A stretch of DNA of 64,000 nt from Mobula hypostoma (Eukaryota): assembly GCF_963921235.1 (NCBI RefSeq), contig NC_086109.1, forward strand, positions 31,870,001 to 31,934,000. The letters run 5' to 3'. The notes under the pieces are model-generated. The model was not told the origin of the DNA, ran no database searches, and saw only the letters and a list, made by a program, of their open reading frames with translations. Position 1 is the stretch's first letter, and the number at the start of each line of letters is the position of its first letter. Shown in pieces: positions 36,610 to 48,911 of this stretch. Made by a program: the position numbers and the translations under genes.

Positions 36610-37615
36610 AGAGTTATAGGCTTCTACAGCAGAGAATCAGACCATTCAGACTATTCCATGCCAATCTGATCTTCTTCTTAGTCCCACCTGACCCATAAAG
36701 CTGACCCATATTCTTCCAGTTTCCCTGCACATTCCCCTCCAGACCTCTCTTAAGTGTTACAAATGGACCCACATTTACCACTTCCATTGGCAAATCATTC
36801 CATCCTTGTATCACCCTCTGGGTGAAAATGTTTCCCCTCAGATTCCCCTTAAACAAAGTTCTAACTATTCAGCTTTTCTCTATAACTCATGTCCTCAAGT
36901 CCCAACAATATTCTTGTAATTTTTTTTCTGCACTCTTTCAATCTTACAGATATCTTTCATGTAGGTAGAACTGCACACAATACTCTAAATTCAGTTTCTT
37001 GTCCTACTTCAACATAACATCCCAACTCAAGTATTCAATGCCCTGATTTATGAGGTCACTATGTGCTAAAAACTCCCTTTATGAACTTACCTACCTGTAA
37101 TTCCAGATTCGAAGAATTATGGATCTGTATTCCCAAGTCCCTTTGTTCTACTCACATCTCAGAAACTTACCGTTCAACGTGGTTTGTCCTCGCAAAGTGC
37201 AACACCTCACAGCTGTCTGCATCAAATTTTACCTGCCATTTTTCAGTCCATTTCCCCAGTTGGTCAAGATCAACTGTCCTCTATGCCCCCAGTTTGATGT
37301 CAACCACAAATTTGCTGCTGTAGTTTACCACATTATCATCTAAGTCATTAACATAAATGATAAACAAAAAACGGCCCAGAAACAATCCTTGCAGCACACT
37401 TCTAGCCACAATCCTCCAGTCAGAGAGCTAACCATTACTACCACTCTCTGGTTTTTCCTGCTAAGTCAATTTTGCATCTATTTGGCTACTTCATCCTGAA
37501 CCTTAAGCAATTTAACCTTCTGAAACAGCCTCTCATGTAGAACTTTGTGAAAGGAATTGCTAAAGTCCAAGCAGACAACGTCCACTGACTTTTCTTCATC
37601 AACGTCTTGGTGATC
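36610..37615 (-). mobile_element. Degenerate CR1 fragment (RT to 3' end)
   Basis: FKGNLRGNIFTQRVIQGWNDLP, and a VDVVCLDFSN..K-like stretch near 37550-37590. Confidence 0.75.
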
Positions 37616-39429
37616 AACATTTGGTTTCCTGATTTAACAATCCTAGTCTGCCGTCCCGAAGAAAGATCATTAACCTTAAATGTTCTTATTTGCCTGATCT
37701 GCTGAGAATCTGCAAATGTTCTATGTCTGTTACTGATGTTCGGTATCCTTTCATTCTTCTGCTTTTGTGTTCCATTGTCAGAACCGCTCTGAAGAAATCT
37801 TGCAGTACCAGAAAGCGAGGATCTCAATGAATTGCAGATAAACAGATAGCCCTTAACACATGCCATCATCATCAGAAGGATGAAATGAAGGAGGAAGGGA
37901 GAGGGGAAAAGGAGGCATCCATCTAGAATACTGCTTCCAGGCAGCTGTACATGAAGAAATTGAGTGAGATATCAGTAACTTCAACCCCAGTTCCCATTCA
38001 GGAACAGTCTAACACTCCATATCCTCCCTCTGATAGTGATCTTTGTGCCAATGCAAAATTAAAAGAACACCACAAAATAAACACTCTGCAAGAAATTGAC
38101 CAATTAAAATTGCAGAGGTGCATATTCATGAAAACGACTTACTCTTGTTCTCGCCTTCCATCTGCCTTTATCTGCTTAATGCCTGGCTCCACTATTGAGT
38201 GAAGACCGAGTACCTTTACTGAAGGGTGACCTCAAGCAGCTCTGGAAATGGAGGGGCAGTCTTCGGACCGTGCAATCTGGGCTTGAACAGCTGGCTGTGT
38301 GACAGACAACAGCAAGGACATGGAAGGAGCGGTAACTGTGTGATTATGAATACAGCCAGCTGAGGAGAGGACAGCAGGCTCCTACTGCATGAAACTCTGA
38401 ATTGTCTCAGTGATCTCAGCGATGTGTTAAAAGTCAGATGCCTAGACCGCTGTGGCACCCTGCATACCTTTTCAAATAGTTGCTGTTGGTCTGCCGTCTC
38501 CAGCAATGTCTGAAGCTGATAGCACAGTTGGTGGACAACTTCATTGTCTTGAGCAATGACAATAAAGTTCTTTTCTATTCATTTGATGGCTTTGTGGGTT
38601 GGTGTTCTGTGTTCTGTGTTTTTTCCTCTTTTTTTTGCCATTTGCACTGCTTGTTATTTTTGCACATTTTGGGGGTGGGGGGGTTGATGTTTTTATTTGA
38701 ACAGGTTCCATTGTTTTCTTTGTTTCGTGACAGTCTGGGGGGGGAGACAAATCTCAGGGTTGTGTACTGCATACGTACTTTGATAATAAATATACTTAAA
38801 ATCATTAAATCTTTGAATATGTCACTAACACTTGAAAGAGGCTATTGAATTTCTTGCAACATAACATCCAAGTCTTTAGAGGAAGACTATTTGTATCTAA
38901 TCCATTTCATTCTCCTTCCATTGCTGAAAATGTGAAAATTGGGCATCTAGGCAACTCTAAGAGGGGATGCCCTCTCCTCTTCCCATCTCTACTAAAGCAG
39001 ACCAAACACCTTATGTTATCATCATCTTTCATTGTGACTCACTTCCTGCATGAATTCCATCACTCAATCCAACCACAATGTACAGTACAGCTCTCCAGTT
39101 ACTTTTCATCAGCACTAGTTACTTCTGATATTTTCCTGTCGGTGGTGCAGACAATAAATGAATAGAGCTTTTGCTCTAGATGCAGACAACAGTCAGTAGT
39201 TTGCCACTTGCATTTCTTTCAACAGGCACGTCACAATACCCTTATCCATTTTCAGTGGCTCTCTAATTTAGCCTTTAAGGAATCAGTATTGCAACGATAA
39301 AACCTTCATTGTGTTGCACTTGACAGAGATTAATAGTTATCTTTTTAAATTGATAGTAGATTTTTAACCTTTCATTTCAAAATTGGTAAGTTAAATGTTT
39401 TTTGTCACATACCTTCAGAAATTACCAGA

Positions 39430-40135
39430 ATCAGGTTTAATATCACTGGCATATGTGATGAAATGTATCGTTTTGTGGCAGCAGTACATTGCAATACATA
39501 ATAATAAAAACTATAAATTACTATACATATATATATGTGTGTGTATATATATATATATTATTTGGAACCTGTTCAAATAATATATATATGTATACACACA
39601 CAGTGCAGTAAATACAGTGTATGTATAAAATAATTAAATAAGTAGGACAGAAAGAGAGGGAAACTAGTGAGATAATGTTCATTGCTTTATTGTCCATTCA
39701 GAGATTTGATGGCAGAGGGGTAAAGCTGCTTCTGAAACTTTGAGTGTGTGTCTTCAGGCTCCAACACCTACTCCTTGATGGCAGTAATGAGAAGAGGGCA
39801 TGCACTGCATGATGGGGGTGCTCAGTGATGCCACCTTTTAGAAGCATAACCTTTTAAATATGTTTTTGAAGTTGGGGGAGGCTAGAGCCCATCTTGGAGC
39901 CAGTGGGAAGGACTGACCTTTCCAGTCTCAGCCCGAAATGTTGACTGAACTTTTTTTCCATAGATGCTGCCTGGCCTGTTGAGTTCCTCCAGCATTTTGT
40001 GTGTGTTGTTTACAACTTTTTGCAGTTTTTTTCTTGATAAGGTACAGTGGCCCCTCCATAACAGACTGTGATGTAACCAGTTCGAATGCTCTCCATGGTA
40101 CATCTGTAGAAATTTGTAAGTGTTTGATGACATAC
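39430..40135 (-). mobile_element. Rex-Babar 3' fragment containing a microsatellite (~39525-39602) and a Penelope 3'-end insertion (~39905-40010)
   Basis: RKKLQKVVN motif and cagaatcaggtttaatatcactggcatatg tail. The insert gtctcagcccgaaatgttgactg..gatgctgcctggcctg matches the Penelope 3' end. Confidence 0.75.
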
Positions 40136-41114
40136 CTTTGGAATTGATGATAGCTCCGATTGCTGCAATTGACGAAGGTTTTATTTCACTAGCACAATTA
40201 ACAAAGATGAAGACTGAACAGTAAGAAAGATTGTATTTGTGATGATCCAAATCCATACATTTTTAAAGGATTCATGCAGTGGAAGATATGATTGAATAAT
40301 ATAAGAAAGGTTTTGCATAAACAGGTTTCTTGCTGCCTTATTACATTAGTCCAGACAGCAAGTGTGAATTTAAAGCCATCATTTATCAGTTTTGTTTTGT
40401 TTTATGTTCATTATAAATTTGGCTGTTTTGGAATAATTTGAAATCTGCACCCCATTAAGCACCCATGGTGGTTTTCACGTGTCATACTGTCCTTCACAAT
40501 TCAGTGCTCTGCTAAGAAGTCATTAATACATTCCCTCCATATGGTTTAATTGCTAATATTCCATTACAGCAGACTGTCACTGCTGAAGGAGAAACACAGC
40601 AGACTGTAAACTTCAGGGAAATTACATTACTGAATCTATTTCTTCAACATGAGCGTTGTGAAGATAGCAAATTATAATGAGTCAATTTATGTCAAACCAG
40701 GTCAGTGTTGTAGAAGTCTAAAGACTTGAAACTATTGCAGGCTGTATTCAGCCAGAATCATGAACTCAGAAAGTTACTTAAAGAAGAAAAACCCTGAATC
40801 ACTTTGTTTTAAATGAATAAATGTTAAAACACTGGCTTCATTTCATAGCAGTAAAGAAGTTAAATTATATTAAGAGAGCATCTATAAAATCACAGCTTCA
40901 TTGAGACTTACTACAACAGTGAAGTATTTTTCCTGGCGCTATAATCTACTGTCTTTAATTTTGAATATTATACCAGTGTTCTAACAACTTTGTATGATTA
41001 TTGTAATATACTAAATTGGAAACTTTCTCTGAATAGGAAGTTGCTGCTTAGAAGTAATAGATATGTAATCAGATTTAGTTAATGTAAAATAGGGAACTAT
41101 TTTTTATATCTGAA

Positions 41115-41455
41115 TCATTCATTCATTACATGCCATGTTGTATCATGTAGGCGATCATGGTCTTTCCATGACCACAATTGTTCCCGCCAAATTTTTCTAC
41201 AGTAGTGGTTTGCCATTGCCTTCTTCTGGGCAGTGCCTTTATAAGATGGGCAATCCCAACTGTTATCAATACTCTTCAGAGATTGTCTGCCTGGCGTCAG
41301 TGGTCACATAACCAGAACTTGTGATATGCGCCATCTGCACATATGACCATCTACCATCTGCTCCCATAGCTTCACCTGACCCTGATCGGGGGAGGCTAAG
41401 CTGGTGCTACACCTTGTCCAAGGGAGACCTGCAGGTTAGTGGGGGGAAGAAGCAA
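41115..41455 (-). mobile_element. Probable SINE-like interspersed repeat
   Basis: (ATTC)n end and agtggtttgccattgccttcttct motif, recalled from RTE/Vingi-type SINE tails. Not verified. Confidence 0.4.
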
Positions 41456-41579
41456 CCTGAAATGTCTGAATAATGAGAGCTGATTTTCCTTCATTGGTAT
41501 TTGGAAAAGTACTGTCGGAACTGTAATGCGTTTACATCACTAAGATTCCATAAATAATTCCATTTGGGCTATTAGTCAC

Positions 41580-42595
41580 AGACACAGGTGCAATCGGAAA
41601 CAGATGACAGCCCTATATGAATGATCAAAGAGCAAAATTGAGAATAAGTGAAATTTAAAGGGATGGGGATAATTAAAGTGCAAAGAGGAAATGTTCTTTG
41701 CTGGTGATTATGTAGTCAATACAAGCTCAGAAGCCGATATGCAGGAAAGTTTGGGCAAACCTGTCAATGCCTCATAATGTTAGCCTCACATTAGCACAAT
41801 TAAACAGAAGTCATGCATCACCATTCTTGCCTTCTGCCATCAAATTTCTGAATGGTTCATAAACCCATGAACACTACCTCGCTATCCCTATTCTTTTGCA
41901 CTAATTAGTTATTTCATAATTTACACTAACATGATGCTTTTGCAATGTGCTGGTGGTGCAAAGCAACAAATTTCCGTCAGTGATAATCAATGTGCTTCTG
42001 ATTCTGATTCTGAACCTGCATCAAACATATCATACACAGAACTAAACATTCTTGTGAATGACCAGAGGCTTTCAGAGGTGGACAAGTTCACATACCTTGC
42101 TCCGTATCAGCCAACACTGATAATAGTCAACAACAGGATGCTTTTGGGAGACTGAGAAGTAAAGTGTGCGAACAAAGAGGAATCTAGTTATTGACCAAGA
42201 TAAAGATGTATTGTACTGTTGCCATACCCAATGTACACTGGGCCTGTGAGATATGGACAGTAGACATGCCAGACATTTTAACCACTTACTGCACAGAATA
42301 CTTTACATCAGCCAGGAAGTCAAGATTTCAAGTGCACAGATTATAACCTAAACAAATTTGACGAGCATTTATACATTGTTGAAGCATCATAGACAGGTGG
42401 GCAGCTCGTATCAGAAGAATAGCAGAAAACTAAAACAGCTACTTTATGGAGAGGTGACTAAGGGAAAAAAAAATCACATGGTAGAAGAAGAAAGAGATTC
42501 AAAGGTCCTCTTAGAATATCCCTGAAGAGTTTCAACAATGATGCACGCCCCTGGGTAAAACAAACATTGGATCATCCTGTTTGGCAAACCCACAT
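41580..42595 (+). mobile_element. Degenerate RTE (BovB-like) ORF2 3' fragment, interrupted by a Rex-type tail at ~41815-42012
   Basis: NILVNDQRLSEVDKFTYL, LTKIKMY..V..WACEIWTV, and KQLLYGE..G..GRRRKRFK motifs. Confidence 0.7.
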
Positions 42596-43264
42596 GAATT
42601 AGTGGGATGCCTTTAAAGTCCAACAGAAGGCAACTAAGAAATTATAAGGAGAGAAAAGACAAAATATGAAGGTAGCTAGCCACAAATATCAGAGAGGATA
42701 CCAAATGTGGTTTTTTTCTGTTATGTTGTATAAACAGTAAAAGAGAGGGGAGCGTAGATATAATAATGCTGAAAAATGAAGAGAAGGTGCATGGGAAGCT
42801 GAAAGTTCTGAAGGTAGATAAGTCACCTTAACCAGATGGACTACACACCAGGGTTTTGAAAGAGGTAGCTGAAGAGGTTGTGGAGGCATTAGTATTGATC
42901 TTTCAAGAACCATTAGGTTCTGGCAGGACTGGTTCTGGAGGACTGGAAAATTGCAAATATCACTCCACTCTTCAGGAAGACAGGGAGGCAGAAGAAAAGA
43001 AATTATAGGCCCGTTAGCCTGACCTCTGTGGTTAGGAAGAGTCCATCATTAAGGATGAGGTTTTGGAGTACTTGGAGGCACGTGATAGAATAAGCCAAAT
43101 TCAGCATGATTTCCTTAAAGGGAAATCTTGCCTGATAAATCTGCTAGAATTCTTTGAGGTAGTAACATAGAAACATAGAAACATAGAAAATAGGTGCAGG
43201 AGTAGGCCATTAGGCCCTTTGAGCCTGCACCGCCATTTATTATGATCATGGCTGATCATCCAAC

Positions 43265-45677
43265 TCAGAACGCCGCCCCAGCCTTCCCTCCATACCCCCT
43301 GACCCCCGTAGCCACAAGGGCCATATCTAACTCCCTCTTAAATATAGCCAATGAACTGGCCTCAACAGTTTCCTGTGGCAGAGAATTCCACAGATTCACC
43401 ACTCTCTGTGTGAAGAAGTTTTTCCTAATCTCGGTCCTAAAAGGCTTCCCCTCTATCCTCAAACTGTGACCCCTCGTTCTGGACTTCCCCAACATCGGGA
43501 ACAATCTTCCTGCATCTAGCCTGTCCAATCCCTTTAGGATCTTATACGTTTCAATCAGATCCCCCCTCAGTCTTCTAAATTCCAACGAGTACAAGCCCAG
43601 TTCATCCAGTCTTTCTTCATATGAAAGTCCTGCCATCCCAGGAATCAATCTGGTGAACCTTCTTTGTACTCCCTCTATGGCAAAGATGTCTTTCCTCAGA
43701 TTAGGGGACCAAAACTGCACACAATACTCCAGGTGTGGTCTCACCAAGGCCTTATACAACTGCAGTAGTACCTCCCTGCTCCTGCACTCGAATCCTCTCG
43801 CTATAAATGCCAGCATACCATTCGCCTTTTTCACCGCCTGCTGTACCTGCATGCCCACTTTCAATGACTGGTGTATAATGACACCCAGGTCTCGTTGCAC
43901 CTCCCCTTTTCCTAATCGGCCACCATTCAGATAATAATCTGTTTTCCTATTTTTGCCACCAAAGTGGATAACTTCACATTTATCCACATTAAATTGCATC
44001 TGCCATGAGTTTGCCCACTCACCCAACCTATCCAAGTCACCCTGCATCCTCTCAGCATCCTCCTCACTGCTAACACTGCCACCCAGCTTCGTGTCATCCG
44101 CAAACTTGGAGAAGCTGCATTTAATTCCCTCATCCAAGTCATTAATATATATTGTAAACAACTGGGGTCCCAGCACTGAGCCTTGCGGTACCCCACTAGT
44201 CACCGCCTGCCATTCTGAAAAAGTCCCGTTTATTCCCACTCTTTGCTTCCTGTCTGCTAACCAATTCTCCACCCACACCAATACCTTACCCCCAATACCG
44301 TGTGCTTTAAGTTTGCACACTAATCTCCTGTGTGGGACCTTGTCAAAAGCCTTTTGAAAATCCAAATATACCACATCCACTGGTTCTCCCCTATCCACTC
44401 TACTAGTTACATCCTCAAAAAATTCTATGAGATTCGTCAGACATGATTTTCCTTTCACAAATCCATGCTGACTTTGTCCGATGATTTCACCGCTTTCCAA
44501 ATGTGCTGTTATCACATCCTTGATAACTGACTCCAGCAGTTTCCCCACCACCGACGTTAGGTTAACCGGTCTATAATTCCCCGGTTTCTCTCTCCCTCCT
44601 TTTTTAAAAAGTGGGGTTACATTAGCCACCCTCCAATCCTCAGGAACTAGTCCAGAAACTAACGAGTTTTGAAAAATTATCACTAATGCATCCACTATTT
44701 CTTGGGCTACTTCTTTAAGCACTCTAGGATCCAGACCATCTGGCCCTGGGGATTTATCTGCCTTCAATCTCTTCAATTTACCTAACACCACTTCCCTACT
44801 AACATGTATTTCGCTCAGTTCCTCCATCTCACTGGACCCTCTGTCCCTTACTATTTCTGGAAGATTATTTATGTCCTCCTTAGTGAAGACAGAACCAAAG
44901 TAATTATTCAATTGGTCTGCCATGTCCTTGCTCCCCATAATCAATTCACCTGTTTCTGTCTGCAGGGGACCTACATTTGTCTTTACCAGTCTTTTCCTTT
45001 TTACATATCTATAAAAGCTTTTACAGTCTGTTTTTATGTTCCCTGCCAGTTTTCTCTCATAATCTTTTTTCCCCTTCCTAATTAAGCCTTTTGTCCTCCT
45101 CTGCTGAACTCTGAATTTCTCCCAGTCCTCAGGTGAGCCACTTTCTCTGGCTAATTTGTATGCTTCTTCTTTGGAATTGATACTATCCCTAATTTCTCTT
45201 GTCAGCCACAGGTGCACTACCTTCTTTGATTTATTCTTTTGCCAAACTGGGATGAACAATTGTTGTAGTTCATCCATGCAACCTTTAAATGCTTGCCATT
45301 GCATATCCACCGTCAATCCTTTAAGTCTCATTTGTCAGTCTATCTTAGCTAATTTACGTCTCATACCTTCAAAGTTACCCCTCTTTAAGTTCAGAACCTT
45401 TGTTTCTGAATTAACTATGTCACTCTCCATCTTAATGAAGAATTCCACCATATTATGGTTACTCTTACCCAAGGGGCCTCTCACGACAAGATCGCTAATT
45501 AACCCTTCCTCATTGCTCAAAACCCAGTCCAGAATAGCCTGCTCTCTAGTTGGTTCCACGACATGTTGGTTCAAAAAACCATCCCGCATACATTCCAAGA
45601 AATCCTCTTCCTCAGCACCTTTACCAATTTGGTTCACCCAGTCTACATGTAGATTGAAGTCACCCATTATAACTGCT
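43265..45677 (-). pseudogene. CR1 ORF2 (APE C-terminal half plus RT), with one in-frame stop at 45335-45337
   Basis: [64 protein letters not shown]. The endonuclease SDH motif reads SNH. The APE N-terminal part lies at 49083-49437. Confidence 0.92.
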
Positions 45678-45774
45678 AACAACAGGAATTCTGCAGATGC
45701 TGGAAATTCAAGCAACACACATCAAAGTTGCTGGTGAACGCAGCAGGCCAAACAGCATCTATAGGAAGAGGCGC

Positions 45775-45810
45775 AGTCGACGTTTCAGGCCGAGACCCTT
45801 CATCAGGACT
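45775..45810 (-). ncRNA. Minimal type I hammerhead ribozyme motif in the Penelope 3' end
   Basis: The - strand reads AGTC-CTGATGA-AGG(gtctcgg)CCT-GAAA-CGTC^GACT. Confidence 0.85.
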
Positions 45811-46262
45811 AACTGAAGGAAGAGTGAGTAAGGGATATGAAAGCTGGAGGGGGAGGGGGAGATGCAAAATGATAGGAGAAGACAGGAGGGGGAGGGATAG
45901 AGCCGAGAGCTGGACAGGTGATAGGCAAAAGGGGATACGAGAGGATCATGGGACAGGAGGTCCAGGAAGAAAGACGGGGGGGGTGGTGATCCAGAGGATG
46001 GGCAAGAGGTATATTCAGAGGGACAGAGGGAGAAAAAGGAGAGTGAGAGAAAGAATGTGTGGATAAAAATGAGTAACAGATGGGGTACGAGGGGGAGGTG
46101 GGGCCTAGCGGAAGTTAGAGAAGTCAATGTTCATGCCATCAGGTTGGAAGCTACCCAGACGGAATATAAGGTGTTGTTCCTCCAACCTGAGTGTGGCTTC
46201 ATCTTTACAGTAGAGGAGGCCGTGGATAGACATGTCAGAATGGGAATGGGATGTGGAATTAA

Positions 46263-48911
46263 TGTCGGATCCACGCCTGCAATCGCCGTTTTTTTGACTT
46301 TGTCATTTTAGGCAAAGATCGCAAGTTCTTACATCTACGGACTCCAGAGCCTGCCGGCCCCAACGCTAGCAGGCATGAACTTTCAATTGCGGCCCCTGCC
46401 ATTGATCTCGGCGGCTCCAACACCTCAGGACATATTCAAAACCCGGACTCCAGCAACAACCATGGACACATTCGAAGTGATTACGCAACTACCAACTGCA
46501 ACTCCAGCCTTGAACACCAGGCCGGGTCTTTATGTGCTGCTGTTGTGACTCCCGTCTCCCCTTCCCCCACCACCACTCCGCAGACCCGTCTTCCTCAGAT
46601 CCCACCGTCAGCTCCTGGGCCCTCAGAGGCTCCACCTTTCTCTCACCCCAACCCTCCCCTCTCCACTGACACCCCCAGCCTCCCCCCTCCCCCCTCTGAT
46701 CCCAGCTCTCATCCGTGCCGGGTCTTTACCATCCCCTCCGACCTTCAACTGTCGGAGGCAGAACGCTCTGTTCTCAGTAAGGGCCTCACGTTTGTCCCCC
46801 TTCGCCCACACCTCAGCAAGTTCCGTGTTCGCCACGATGCGGAACTTTTCTTCCGCCGTCTCCGTCTCCGAGCCTACTTCTTCGGCAAGGACTCTTCCAC
46901 CCCCACTGATGACCCTTTCTCTCGTCTTCAACCCTCCTCTTCTTTATGGACACCCCGCTCTGGTCTTCTGCCTGCTCTGGATCTCTTTATTGCCAACTGC
47001 CGACGGGACATCAACCGTCTCGACTTCACCGCACCTTGTCCCCATTCCAACCTCACTCCTTCGGAACGCTCTGCTCTCCACTCCCTCCGCACTAATCCTA
47101 ACATTATTATTAAACCCGCTGATAAAGGGGGTGCTGTTGTAGTCTGGCGTACTGACCTCTACCTTGCCGAGGCACAGCGACAACTCGCGGATACCTCCTC
47201 TTATTTACCCCTCGATCGTGACCCCACTAAGGAGCACCAGGCCATTGTCTCCCACACTATCAACGACTTTATCCGCTCAGGGGATCTCCCATCCACTGCT
47301 ACCAACCTTATAGTTCCCACACCCCGCACTTCCCGTTTCTACCTCCTACCCAAGATCCACAAACCTGCCTGTCCTGGCCGACCTATTGTCTCAGCTTGCT
47401 CCTGCCCCACCGAACTCGTTTCTGCATACCTCGACACTGTTTTATCACCCCTTGTTCAATCCCTTCCTACCTATGTTCGTGACACTTCTCACGCTCTTAA
47501 ACTTTTCGATGATTTTAAGTTCCCTGGCCCCCACCGCTTTATTTTCACCATGGATGTCCAGTCCTTATATACTTCCATCCCCCATCAGGAAGGTCTCAAA
47601 GCTCTACGCTTCTTTTTGGATTCCAGACCTAATCAGTTCCCCTCTACCACCACTCTGCTCCGTCTAGCGGAATTAGTCCTTACTCTTAATAATTTCTCCT
47701 TTTGCTCCTCCCATTTCCTCCAAACTAAAGGTGTAGCTATGGGCACCCGTATGGGTCCTAGCTATGCCTGCCTTTTTGTTGGGTTTGTGGAACAATCTAT
47801 GTTCCGTGCCTATTCTGGTATCTGTCCCCCACTTTTCCTTCGCTACATCGACAACTGCATTGGCGCTGCTTCCTGCACGCATGCAGAACTCGTTGACTTT
47901 ATTAACTTTGCCTCCAACTTTCACCCTGCCCTCAAGTTTACCTGGTCCATTTCCGACACCTCCCTCCCCTTTCTAGATCTTTCTGTCTCTGTCTCTGGAG
48001 ACAGCTTATCCACTGATGTCTACTATAAGCCAACTGACTCTCACAGCTATCGGGACTATTCCTCTTCTCACCCTGTTTCTTGCAAAAACGCCATCCCCTT
48101 CTCGCAATTCCTCCGTCTCCGCCGCATCTGCTCTCAGGATGAGGCTTTTCATTCTAGGACGAGGGAGATGTCTTCATTTTTTAAAGAAAGGGGCTTCCCT
48201 TCCTCCACTATCAACTCTGCTCTTAAACGCATCTCCCCCATTTCACGTACATCTGCTCTCACTCCATCCTCCCACCACCCCACTAGGAATAGGGTTCCCC
48301 TGGTCCTCACCTACCACCCCACCAGCCTCCGGGTCCAACATATTATTCTCCGTAACTTCCGCCACCTCCAACGGGATCCCACCACTAAGCACATCTTTCC
48401 CTCCCCCCCTCTCTCTGCATTCCACAGGGATCGCTCCCTACACAACTCCCTTGTCCATTCGTCCCCCCCCTCCCTCCCCACTGATCTCCCTCCTGGCACT
48501 TATCCGTGTAAGCGGAACAAGTGCTACACATGCCCTTACACTTCCTCCCTTACCACCATTCAGGGCCCCAAACAGTCCTTCCAGGTGAGGCATCACTTCA
48601 CCTGTGAGTCGACTGGGGTGATATACTGCGTCCGGTGCTCCCGATGTGGCCTTTTATATATTGGTGAGACCCGACGCAGACTGGGAGACCGCTTTGCTGA
48701 ACATCTACGCTCTGTCCGCCAGAGAAAGCAGGATCTCCCAGTGGCCACACATTTTAATTCCACATCCCATTCCCATTCTGACATGTCTATCCACGGCCTC
48801 CTCTACTGTAAAGATGAAGCCACACTCAGGTTGGAGGAACAACACCTTATATTCCGTCTGGGTAGCCTCCAACCTGATGGCATGAACATTGACTTCTCTA
48901 ACTTCCGCTAG
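46263..48911 (+). CDS. Penelope-like RT / Zn-finger / GIY-YIG endonuclease polyprotein, 5'-truncated, probably RT-dead (YIDN)
   Basis: The frame is open from the inversion junction at 46263, 94 codons upstream of the tracked start at 46545. Motifs: LSKGLTFVP, IIKPADKGGAVVV, FYLLPKIHK..PGRPIVS, TMDVQSLYTSIP, GVAMGTRMGPSYA, RYIDN, FLDL, YYKPTD, CKRNKCYTC..HFTC, VIYCVRCSRCGLLYIGET..RFAEH. Confidence 0.9.
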   Translation, partial: CRIHACNRRFFDFVILGKDRKFLHLRTPEPAGPNASRHELSIAAPAIDLGGSNTSGHIQNPDSSNNHGHIRSDYATTNCNSSLEHQAGSLCAAVVTPVSPSPTTTPQTRLPQIPPSAPGPSEAPPFSHPNPPLSTDTPSLPPPPSDPSSHPCRVFTIPSDLQLSEAERSVLSKGLTFVPLRPHLSKFRVRHDAELFFRRLRLRAYFFGKDSSTPTDDPFSRLQPSSSLWTPRSGLLPALDLFIANCRRDINRLDFTAPCPHSNLTPSERSALHSLRTNPNIIIKPADKGGAVVVWRTDLYLAEAQRQLADTSSYLPLDRDPTKEHQAIVSHTINDFIRSGDLPSTATNLIVPTPRTSRFYLLPKIHKPACPGRPIVSACSCPTELVSAYLDTVLSPLVQSLPTYVRDTSHALKLFDDFKFPGPHRFIFTMDVQSLYTSIPHQEGLKALRFFLDSRPNQFPSTTTLLRLAELVLTLNNFSFCSSHFLQTKGVAMGTRMGPSYACLFVGFVEQSMFRAYSGICPPLFLRYIDNCIGAASCTHAELVDFINFASNFHPALKFTWSISDTSLPFLDLSVSVSGDSLSTDVYYKPTDSHSYRDYSSSHPVSCKNAIPFSQFLRLRRICSQDEAFHSRTREMSSFFKERGFPSSTINSALKRISPISRTSALTPSSHHPTRNRVPLVLTYHPTSLRVQHIILRNFRHLQRDPTTKHIFPSPPLSAFHRDRSLHNSLVHSSPPSLPTDLPPGTYPCKRNKCYTCPYTSSLTTIQGPKQSFQVRHHFTCESTGVIYCVRCSRCGLLYIGETRRRLGDRFAEHLRSVRQRKQDLPVATHFNSTSHSHSDMSIHGLLYCKDEATLRLEEQHLIFRLGSLQPDGMNIDFSNFR

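Noticed and set aside
37486..38848. Cluster of 70-130-aa ORFs
   Set aside because: They span CR1, Penelope and LINE-tail remnants, with no coherent protein motif or exon chain.
45335..45718. Chimeric ORF fusing the Penelope tail (MLLEFPASAEFLLL) to the CR1 endonuclease
   Set aside because: A chance in-frame junction that ends at the CR1 nonsense codon.
46263..48911. Domesticated gene, telomerase or selenoprotein interpretation of the long ORF
   Set aside because: The TSD, 5' truncation and GIY-YIG domain mark a recent TE copy. There are no telomerase-specific motifs and no in-frame TGA.
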